The notes under the pieces were generated by a model. That model was not told the origin of the DNA, did not search any database, and worked only from the letters and a program-made list of their open reading frames with translations. Shown here one piece after another: positions 1 through 7,530 of a DNA stretch of 61,966 nucleotides. Source of the stretch: Pyrinomonadales bacterium (GTDB lineage: Bacteria; Acidobacteriota; Blastocatellia; Pyrinomonadales; Pyrinomonadaceae); contig JBBQUS010000032.1 in the NCBI GenBank assembly GCA_038212235.1, forward strand, positions 1 through 61,966, read 5' to 3'. Position 1 is the first letter of the stretch, and each line of letters begins with the position of its first letter. A program made the position numbers and the translations under genes.

Positions 1-45
1 CCACCGCCGCCGCCGCCGCCGCCGCCCGATCCTGACTTATTATGA
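1..45 (+). CDS. 3' end of an upstream CDS (partial), ending in a poly-Pro tail (PPPPPPPPDPDLL*)
   Basis: In-frame (CCG)n run followed by TGA at 43-45 and a strong hairpin immediately downstream. Alternatively the GCC run is Gly-coding on the minus strand. Confidence 0.25.
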   Translation, partial: PPPPPPPPPDPDLL

Positions 46-57
46 TGGGGCGTTGAA

Positions 58-106
58 TGAAGAAGAGGAGCGAGAGATTTAATCTCTCGCTCCTCTTCTT
101 TTTAAT
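58..106 (+). terminator. Rho-independent terminator-like hairpin (about 20-bp perfect stem, then a T run)
   Basis: aagaagaggagcgagagatt / aatctctcgctcctcttctt inverted repeat followed by ttttt. Confidence 0.6.
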
Positions 107-147
107 CAGTTTGCAGCGACTGCAAATTTGTCTGACTCGTCGGCAGC

Positions 148-190
148 AAAAATCCAGCGGCAAGACTTGCCGCTGGATTTTTTTGCTTTT
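148..190. terminator. Bidirectional rho-independent terminator downstream of the minus-strand 2OG oxygenase gene
   Basis: aaaatccagcggcaag-ac-cttgccgctggatttt, a GC-rich 16-bp stem flanked by A/T runs on both sides. Confidence 0.65.
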
Positions 191-270
191 ATTCGGAATT
201 CTTTAAATGAGCGGAATTTGTCAAGATTCGCTATTAACACTTTTATAGAAAACAGCTTTTCAGAATCTAC

Positions 271-873
271 TTACACCGATACTTTTATCTGATTTCCAAA
301 GCGCTGATCTAAATTATCCTGGTATCTTTCATTGAAGCTAAAAAAAACGGCAATCGTGTAGCGTATTCCTTCCGTAACTTCTTTGACCCCGTGTAAGTAT
401 TCTAAAGTTCCGGGAAAAGTAATCAACGTTCCGGCATCGGCCTTCAACTCAAACTGCTGTTTGGGAAAGTGAATGCTTCCGCCTTGATAATCGTTATTTA
501 GGTAGACAACCGCCGCAAAATCTCGCCACGGATAAGGATGCGGCACATCATCCGGATTTTCCTGGTCGGCATGCGGTTCCAATTGATATGTTTGGAGCCA
601 ACGAACCATTTGAAGGTTTTCAGAATAGATAGGTTTCTCGGTTTGCAGGCTTGCCGCCAGAAGGCTTTTCATTCTTTGGCGGGTGTCGAGTAATATTTGC
701 TCGATCTCCGGATTATGAATGCGTTCGAGATTTATGACGCGTCCTGCCCAGAAATCATCGCTTAACGCGCCAAATGTTTCTTCTGCGTTTTCGCAAAAGT
801 CAGTTAATTGACGGCAATAATCAGAGCTTAAAAAATTGGGTTGAATCAATGGAAAAGCAGAAGTGTTATTCAT
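271..873 (-). CDS. 2-oxoglutarate/Fe(II)-dependent dioxygenase, prolyl 4-hydroxylase-like (P4Hc superfamily)
   Basis: H-A-D facial triad (EPHADQ), distal His (LHGV) and 2OG-binding Arg (GIRYTI) in DSBH spacing. 200 aa. Confidence 0.7.
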   Translation of the reverse strand: MNNTSAFPLIQPNFLSSDYCRQLTDFCENAEETFGALSDDFWAGRVINLERIHNPEIEQILLDTRQRMKSLLAASLQTEKPIYSENLQMVRWLQTYQLEPHADQENPDDVPHPYPWRDFAAVVYLNNDYQGGSIHFPKQQFELKADAGTLITFPGTLEYLHGVKEVTEGIRYTIAVFFSFNERYQDNLDQRFGNQIKVSV

Positions 874-1223
874 GAATCTTTTGGCTCACCTTTCAAAACA
901 GATTTGACGATATTTTAGTCAATTTACTGGCGGATAGTTTTTCGAGCAGTTAAGGTGCTGAAAGAATCTTTAACCGGCAATTCCAAAATCTTATCATAGC
1001 GACAAAAACTTAGAAAGCATCTTATTTGTGAGACAGGGCTGATTACTAAATTATTTCGTTTCAGGACTTGGCATTATAAAATGCCCAAGCTTCACGTTAG
1101 ATTAATTCTGTCTTCTTGCTTTATAATTAACGCGGCGTGTTAATATAACCGGCACTTAACGGCGAATCTTTTCTTTAAAATTTCCGCAAGATAAAAATTC
1201 CACTTCTGCTTTTTCAGGCTGTT

Positions 1224-2078
1224 ATGACTGTTGATAATGATTTTGAATATCCCAACTGCCCTTTATGCCAAAGTGAACAAAGAGAAGATAAATATGTAAA
1301 ATTTGGATTACACAAAATAGTGCGTTGTTGTTTATGCCAGGCGTATTATCTGTATCCGCGCTTGACAGAAGATGCGATGCGCCGCGTTTACCTTCAGGAT
1401 GATTATTTTGAAGGAGGTCAGACCGGTTATTCGGACATCAGTTACGCCTTTCAGGAAAAAGCGCTAAGAGCCACTTTCAGACGTTTGATGCGTAGCTTAG
1501 AGAAACGCGGTCTAACCGGAGGATCTTTATTGGAAATCGGATGTGGTTACGGTTTTCTTCTGGAAGAAGCCAAAGAGTTTTATTCCTTGCGCGTCGGTAC
1601 TGAATTTTCATCAAGGGGAGCGCAAATTGCCTCTACGAAGGCCGATAAAATTTTTGAGGGAGGATTGGAAATGCTTCCTCTCGATTTAAAGTTTGACTGC
1701 GTGATTGCGACGCACGTCATTGAACATGTTTATGACCCGCTGGAATTTATCAAAAGCTTGATCAATCACACTAATCGGCACGGCAAGATAGTCCTGGCGG
1801 CTCCTGACATGAACGGACTGCTCAGAAAGTTTTTGGGACATCGTTGGCCATCTTTTAAAATTCCCGAACACGTCACTTATTTCGATTCAACGACGCTTTC
1901 AGCAGTGATGCGGCAAGCAGGATTAAAAAATTTAAACTTGTTGCCTTATCCTCACGCCTTTCCGCTGGCTTTGATAGCTTCAAAATTACATCTCGCACTG
2001 CCCGCGCTCCTGGGCAATATCAAGGTTTGGGTGCCGGCAACGACGGTTGCAATATCGGGGACGGTTTCTCATGACTGA
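1224..2078 (+). CDS. Class I SAM-dependent methyltransferase with an N-terminal Cys4 zinc ribbon
   Basis: Motif I LLEIGCGYGFLLE. N-terminal CPLCQ...CCLCQ. Translationally coupled to the downstream GT2. Confidence 0.75.
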   Translation: MTVDNDFEYPNCPLCQSEQREDKYVKFGLHKIVRCCLCQAYYLYPRLTEDAMRRVYLQDDYFEGGQTGYSDISYAFQEKALRATFRRLMRSLEKRGLTGGSLLEIGCGYGFLLEEAKEFYSLRVGTEFSSRGAQIASTKADKIFEGGLEMLPLDLKFDCVIATHVIEHVYDPLEFIKSLINHTNRHGKIVLAAPDMNGLLRKFLGHRWPSFKIPEHVTYFDSTTLSAVMRQAGLKNLNLLPYPHAFPLALIASKLHLALPALLGNIKVWVPATTVAISGTVSHD

Positions 2079-3051
2079 TATTGATTGCCATAGAAAACCA
2101 ATGATTTCTGTCGTCATGCCGCTTTACTGCGAAGGCAGTCATCTCCGCGCGGTTCTTGCCGATGTCTGCAGCCAGCTTGCCGCAGCAAACGTATCTTACG
2201 AAATAATTTTAGTGGATGACGGTTCGCCCGATAATACATGGGCGATCCTCGATGAAGAAGCAAAAAAGTCAACTGCGATACGCGCAATCCAGTTGAGCAG
2301 AAATTTCGGAAAAGAATTAGCTCTGTGTGCCGGAATAGAGCTGGCGTGTGGGGACGCAATAATAGTGATGGACGGCGATGGACAGCACCCGCCGTCTTTG
2401 TTGCCAAAGATGATTCAGCTGTGGCAGGAAACCGGCGTTGACATCGTCGAAGCAACAAAAACCACGCGCGGCAAGGAATCGTTTTTGAACAAATTGACTG
2501 CCGGATTGTTTTATATTATCTGGAACAAGCTTTCAGGATTTAAATTAAAGGGTGCTTCTGATTTTAAGTTGTTGAACCGAAGAGCTGTTAACGCGTTGCT
2601 CCAGATGGAAGAGCGGAACGTTTTCTTTCGTGGTATGACCGCTTGGCTGGGTTTTAGACGCATTCAAATTTCATTCACCGTCGCCGGACGTCTCAGCGGA
2701 CGCACGGCTTGGTCTCAAATACGACTGATTAACTTGGCTCTAACCGGAATCACTTCATTCTCAACCCTTCCTCTGCATCTTGTCACATTGATGGGCGTGC
2801 TCTTTCTGCTTTTTTCCGTTGTGCTGGGCTTGCAGACACTTTATATAAAATTTTACGGGAAAGGCGTTAGCGGCTTTACAACCGTGATTTTACTTTTGCT
2901 GATTATTGGGAGTTTATTGATGATCAGTCTCGGCATCATCGGCGAGTATTTATCTCGAATTTATGACGAAGTTAAACGCAGACCACGCTATATCATTTCC
3001 CAAACGATTAGAATAAATGGTGAGAATGAAAACCAGAGCTCACGCAGTTGA
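2071..3051 (+). CDS. GT2 polyprenyl-phosphate sugar transferase (ArnC/GtrB/DPM1-like) with C-terminal TM helices
   Basis: VVMPLYCE...ILVDDGSPD...MDGDGQHPP (DXD region) followed by 2-3 TM helices. ATG at 2071 overlaps the MTase stop; an alternative ATG lies at 2101. Confidence 0.8.
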   Translation: MTDIDCHRKPMISVVMPLYCEGSHLRAVLADVCSQLAAANVSYEIILVDDGSPDNTWAILDEEAKKSTAIRAIQLSRNFGKELALCAGIELACGDAIIVMDGDGQHPPSLLPKMIQLWQETGVDIVEATKTTRGKESFLNKLTAGLFYIIWNKLSGFKLKGASDFKLLNRRAVNALLQMEERNVFFRGMTAWLGFRRIQISFTVAGRLSGRTAWSQIRLINLALTGITSFSTLPLHLVTLMGVLFLLFSVVLGLQTLYIKFYGKGVSGFTTVILLLLIIGSLLMISLGIIGEYLSRIYDEVKRRPRYIISQTIRINGENENQSSRS

Positions 3052-3072
3052 CAAAAAATTATTAGATTCAAC

Positions 3073-4896
3073 TCAGTTAGGAATTTCAATCGCAATTTGT
3101 TTTCTGTCGCCGCTGGTAAAGTATATTGTCGCGTTGGGGTGTTGCCGCAGCACCTTTTCTCTGGAAAGCTCCCATAAATCGCTGGAAAGCAGGAGCACGG
3201 CCGGGGCTCGCAGCAGAATCGGCTCGTTGTCATTAAGCAAATGCTCCGGCAGCAATAATTCTACTGTTTGATCAGGATTGGTAAACATTTTAAGCCAATA
3301 CAACCAAGCATTTTCACCGAACCAGAAGTATGGATGCTGTTTGTCCGAGACATAGTAATAATGAGTGTTTGCGACAAATCTTCGGGAATAGACATACCGC
3401 ATGGTCGCACCGGGGGCATATCTCTCCCTCAATCCTCCGCTAATGAAATTGCCGTAATTACTAATGTTTAATGCGACGATGAGGATGGTCACGGCAGTGA
3501 TTATCCGATATTTATAAGTGAGAACCTGTCTTTGACGAGCGACAAACACGGCTATAAATTTGGCAAACTCTTCTACTCCCTTGTACGCGAAGATGATTGC
3601 GTAAGGAAGTAATATGAGCAAACGAGTATAATTAGGATTTTTTGTTGTCAAAAAACTAATAAACAGCCAGACAACAGCGAATTGAGTAATCACGGGAAGA
3701 TACAAATCACGGTTCTTTTTCCGTCTAATTACGGCAAAAACCCCAACCCACAAAAATATACCCGTCAGGAAATCAACAAATCCATATCCGGGATTCCAAT
3801 ACATTGATCCTTCATCGGGTAAATTATTGTTAAAAATAGTTAAGCCTTTGACTGTGTTGCGCAAGACGGCTGTCGGTAGATCATTAACCTTCTCCCATTC
3901 CTGAACAAATTCCCGTCCTTGAGGATAAATAAGCAATTGCTGTTTCGGATAATTTAGAGAATTGCTCGGAGAGTTGTACGACGCAATTAGGATCGGCGCC
4001 GCCGCCAGGAAAAATCCAATTAACGTTGGCAAACCCAGCCTAAAACATTGCTGCAAGAAAAGTTTGCCAACGCCGAATTTGCTAAAACAGTAAATTGCCA
4101 AAAACACAAACCATGCCAGCGGGAGAATCCGAGCCGGATAATACGTGTATAAACTAAATGCTAAGATAGCGCCTCCCGCAAAAAGTTTTCTTGAATTGAT
4201 TTGTCTTAGGCCAGGTATCAAAATGATTAACGATACTAATTGAATTAAAAGGCAATGATTTTCGCGGGTGCTGAGCCGGCTTAGAGCAATTAATGAATGG
4301 CAGCAGCCGAACATAATGGTGGCAAACATCGCAGGCTTCCGCGGAAGAAAAAGACGAAAGAAAAAATAACTGAAAAAGATTGTGCAGATTCCAAAAAAAC
4401 CGTTTACGCGGCGCAAATTTTCGAAATCAACCGCACCTAAAAGGCTGGCGAGGTAGCCGTTAACAACAAAACTCCCTGACGGCAGGTGATAGTAAGTGTC
4501 AGCCAACCCGAACAAATCCGGAGAGGGGCGACTAAGAAGAATTTTACAGACATTGACAACTTCAAGTTCATCACTGCCAATTTGATAGGGCAGATCAAAC
4601 GACAAATATAAATAGAGGGGGGCGCAGGCAAGCGCTATAACCAAAACGAGCGGTGTTTCATTCCAAACATTTAATGATGAAAAATAGGCTTTCTCTGATT
4701 TCGCGAAAACAAAACTGACGACAATTATTGAAAAGCAGAATGAAATGAACAGAGGTGTTGAAAAACCTATCCTGTAATACAAAACACAAAGCAGAGGGTA
4801 GAGAAGAACAAGAGTTATAATACTCATTGCTCGGATGCGTTTTGCTGAACCAGCTGAGTCTGTCAGCCAGCTCTTAACTTTGTCATATGTCATCAT
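3073..4896 (-). CDS. GT-C fold glycosyltransferase (ArnT/PMT, GT39/GT83-like) polytopic membrane protein
   Basis: More than 10 TM helices. Acidic DE motif (GSDELEVV) in the first extracytoplasmic loop. C-terminal soluble domain of about 170 aa. 607 aa. AT-rich. Confidence 0.65.
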   Translation of the reverse strand: MMTYDKVKSWLTDSAGSAKRIRAMSIITLVLLYPLLCVLYYRIGFSTPLFISFCFSIIVVSFVFAKSEKAYFSSLNVWNETPLVLVIALACAPLYLYLSFDLPYQIGSDELEVVNVCKILLSRPSPDLFGLADTYYHLPSGSFVVNGYLASLLGAVDFENLRRVNGFFGICTIFFSYFFFRLFLPRKPAMFATIMFGCCHSLIALSRLSTRENHCLLIQLVSLIILIPGLRQINSRKLFAGGAILAFSLYTYYPARILPLAWFVFLAIYCFSKFGVGKLFLQQCFRLGLPTLIGFFLAAAPILIASYNSPSNSLNYPKQQLLIYPQGREFVQEWEKVNDLPTAVLRNTVKGLTIFNNNLPDEGSMYWNPGYGFVDFLTGIFLWVGVFAVIRRKKNRDLYLPVITQFAVVWLFISFLTTKNPNYTRLLILLPYAIIFAYKGVEEFAKFIAVFVARQRQVLTYKYRIITAVTILIVALNISNYGNFISGGLRERYAPGATMRYVYSRRFVANTHYYYVSDKQHPYFWFGENAWLYWLKMFTNPDQTVELLLPEHLLNDNEPILLRAPAVLLLSSDLWELSREKVLRQHPNATIYFTSGDRKQIAIEIPN

Positions 4897-5005
4897 TTAT
4901 TTTTTGAAGCGTTGCAGTAAAATTTTGCGGAGGAACAAAATGGAAACACTGATGTGGCGTTAAAATCTAGAATTAAAAAATGAGTTTAACAATGGCTGTT
5001 AAAAT

Positions 5006-6091
5006 TTAATCGGCGTTTACTATTTCCACTACCTCGAGAACCAGTTCTCTGTTCCAGCCCCCTGCGACAAATAAGTCAACAATTGCTTCGCCGCTGTAAC
5101 CCTCTCGCATCCTTTCAAGGATATAAAAGAGCATCGCTTTAAAGCTCTCCGAATCCATAAAAGGAAAGTTTGACTGTCTGAGGGCTTCGACATCCAGCGC
5201 TTTTTCAAGTTTACCTTCGTAGCGTAATTTTAATTTTTTTGAAGGGGTTTTGCTGGGGATGCTTGGCTCATTTTGCGGCTGAGGTGAAGCCGTCACAGGG
5301 AGCGACTTCTGATGCTCCGCAAATTTGTTGCCGTAGATATCAACGCCTTTCATATAAAGCAACCCAGGAGCATCTTGATCGTAGTTTGATCGCGCAGTGG
5401 CAAAATCCTGCGTTGCTTTGCGCTCATTTGCGAAGGCTTCGCCGGGCGGATGAAGAGCGATTTGGTAATTATCAATAAAGTGTCGCGGATATGGTAAGAC
5501 GCAGCCGATTGGCGTTCCTTTGGGGAGATAAAAATCTCGATTTGGTGTTGTTACCTTTAGGTTAAAGGTAAAATCCCGCCGTAGTTGATCAGTTTCGACA
5601 ACCGCTGACATATGCATAATTCCTTCAATCGGAAAGTTCGGCGGCTGCGTTACCATCAGGTTGACACCTTTTGGAGTTCGATAAGTCCAGCGATTTTGTA
5701 TTGTCAAAATTCCTGAACCGAAATGGGAACTAATTATTTGATCCTGATTCTCTGGCATCGCGCCCAGTAAATGTACTTTTAAACTTCCGAGATCCAGTTT
5801 ACCGCTCCACCGAACGACAACATCGTGAAGCAGTCGAACTATAAAACCATGCTGGTTCCCGAATGTAATCGGCAGGCAAAAGTAGAAATGATCAACAAAC
5901 CAATCTCGTCCCTTTTGTCCGGCAAGCGGTTCAATCAGTTCAGACGGCAAATGATTAAATCGGTGGTCTTCGGTTAAAACATAAATGGTCTTGTCAGGAA
6001 CATCAACCAGATCGGGAATATTTTCGGAAGGAATGAACGGTTCGGCTGGGCGCTGACCGTAGATGGGTTTTTTCGTCGGCTCTTTACTCAT
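5006..6091 (-). CDS. Hypothetical protein, 361 aa, no recognisable family. Soluble, with an internal low-complexity linker and a small C-terminal domain.
   Basis: Long ORF. ATGA start/stop overlap with the upstream 145-aa ORF. No TM segments. Confidence 0.55.
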   Translation of the reverse strand: MSKEPTKKPIYGQRPAEPFIPSENIPDLVDVPDKTIYVLTEDHRFNHLPSELIEPLAGQKGRDWFVDHFYFCLPITFGNQHGFIVRLLHDVVVRWSGKLDLGSLKVHLLGAMPENQDQIISSHFGSGILTIQNRWTYRTPKGVNLMVTQPPNFPIEGIMHMSAVVETDQLRRDFTFNLKVTTPNRDFYLPKGTPIGCVLPYPRHFIDNYQIALHPPGEAFANERKATQDFATARSNYDQDAPGLLYMKGVDIYGNKFAEHQKSLPVTASPQPQNEPSIPSKTPSKKLKLRYEGKLEKALDVEALRQSNFPFMDSESFKAMLFYILERMREGYSGEAIVDLFVAGGWNRELVLEVVEIVNAD

Positions 6092-6525
6092 TTCAGCTCG
6101 TTATGTCTGGCGAAAAACTTTGGATAAACTCTTCTTTCAAGTGAACTATCGGCGAAGAAAAAAATGTTTTTGTCGCTATTGTCTTCAGTTGCCTCAAAAT
6201 ACATGTAATTAGATTTTTCTTTTTGGCTGGACTCTTTTTCCGCATTCCAAATACTGAGTTTTAAATAGCACTGTTTGGTCAGAATAAAGTCACGCAGCCA
6301 AAGACTGTTATTTTCGCCGAAAAAGTCCGGAAGGATATTTGATTGTTCTTCTCTCCTTTCGTCAGCCGGACCGATAATAGTTCTGGCGCAAACAAACAGA
6401 GGTTCTTTCGGAGGTTTGTTTTCTACAACGTAGCTGCTCAAAAAGAGGTCGTGAACAAAACGTGGATTCGAGGAAACAATAAAACAATTTTCAGCTTTTA
6501 TGACATCGGGAACATCTTTGCTCAT
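6088..6525 (-). CDS. Hypothetical protein, 145 aa, AT-rich. Translationally coupled to the 361-aa ORF.
   Basis: ORF with 4-nt overlap to the downstream gene. GC is clearly lower than the window average. No known motif. Confidence 0.5.
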   Translation of the reverse strand: MSKDVPDVIKAENCFIVSSNPRFVHDLFLSSYVVENKPPKEPLFVCARTIIGPADERREEQSNILPDFFGENNSLWLRDFILTKQCYLKLSIWNAEKESSQKEKSNYMYFEATEDNSDKNIFFFADSSLERRVYPKFFARHNELK

Positions 6526-6610
6526 TTTGTTTGTTTATTCTTCAAACTAAAATAGTATAAAACACAACAACCCGATAAGGGAACAAGATTATTTCTCCCG
6601 CTTCGGATTT

Positions 6611-7441
6611 TTAGGCAGTCGGGATTTTTACAAATGGCATTCCGCGCAAAATGACTTTTTGGCGACGGGTCACGCGTTTCGGGTTTTTCTGCGGGTTAAA
6701 GATGTTAAGCGGGCTCGGAATCATCGCCGATAGATAGGCGGCTTCCTGCGGAGATAAATCAGCGGCGCTCTTTTTAAAGTAAAAGCGCGACGCTGCTTCC
6801 GCGCCGTACAGCCCATCGCCCCATTCGATGACGTTGAGATAAATCTCCAAAATTCGGCGTTTCGAGAGATTGCTTTCAAGCGAGCGAGTGACAAAATATT
6901 CGCGAATTTTGCGGGTGAACGAGCGTTCTTCGCTCAAGTAAAGATTTTTCGCCAGCTGCTGCGTGATGGTTGACGCACCGCGTTTGAAATTAGAGGTTTT
7001 CGGGTATCCGAGCGAAGTTAAGATAGTGTCAATAATACTGTCTTTATCAAGATTCGGGAGCTGCCAATCGTTCGGGTCATTGTCGCCTTCTTCTTTGGCT
7101 TCTTTTTCGGCCTCTTTCTGCGCATCTTCCCATGATTTTTGGATGGCGTCCCAGTCAAAACCGTGATGTGTCAAAAAGTTAGTGTCTTCTCCGGCCAGCA
7201 CGGCGCGTTGCAAATTAGTGGAGATTTTATCAATCGGAACCCAAATTTGCTGACGTTTGGGTTCTTTGCCGTCTTTTTTAGCTTCTGACGCGCGATATTC
7301 AATCATCGAAGTCGTCGCGGGATTTTCGGTCCTAAGCTTGGCAATATTCGGAAAGGTGAGAAATTCATAGCCCAGCCAGAAGACAAACGCGCCGATAACA
7401 ATCAGAAAAATTACTTTGAACCAGTACCAAATAAATCTCAT
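6611..7441 (-). CDS. mtgA: Monofunctional biosynthetic peptidoglycan transglycosylase (GT51)
   Basis: N-terminal TM anchor. EDTNFLTHHGFDW and ITQQLAKNLYLS transglycosylase motifs. Carries an acidic insert. Confidence 0.8.
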   Translation of the reverse strand: MRFIWYWFKVIFLIVIGAFVFWLGYEFLTFPNIAKLRTENPATTSMIEYRASEAKKDGKEPKRQQIWVPIDKISTNLQRAVLAGEDTNFLTHHGFDWDAIQKSWEDAQKEAEKEAKEEGDNDPNDWQLPNLDKDSIIDTILTSLGYPKTSNFKRGASTITQQLAKNLYLSEERSFTRKIREYFVTRSLESNLSKRRILEIYLNVIEWGDGLYGAEAASRFYFKKSAADLSPQEAAYLSAMIPSPLNIFNPQKNPKRVTRRQKVILRGMPFVKIPTA

Positions 7442-7530
7442 AACAGTTATCAGTTATCAGTTATCAGTTATCAGTTGCCAGGATTGTTCCTCAGACAATT
7501 GATAACTGTTGACTGTTTACTGTTGAGTGA
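7442..7530. repeat. Heptanucleotide tandem array (CAGTTAT)x4-5 followed by inverted copies (ATAACTG, TGACTGT) between the mtgA start codon and the upstream gene stop
   Basis: ataacagttatcagttatcagttatcagttatcagttgcc ... caattgataactgttgactgtttactgttgag. Confidence 0.9.

Noticed and set aside
873-1224. 351-bp divergent intergenic region, checked for tRNA or sRNA
   Set aside because: No tRNA-like T-arm (GTTCRANYC) or known ncRNA signature seen. Probably a shared promoter region for the divergent 2OG-oxygenase and MTase-GT2 operons.
3017-3471. Small ORFs 3017..3271 and 3268..3471 (+)
   Set aside because: Antisense to the 3' end of the GT-C gene. No support.
7442-7480. Possible CRISPR array (regular short repeats at several loci)
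   Set aside because: Units are 7 bp and directly tandem with no spacers, and no cas genes are present. These are microsatellite/STRR-like arrays, not CRISPR.
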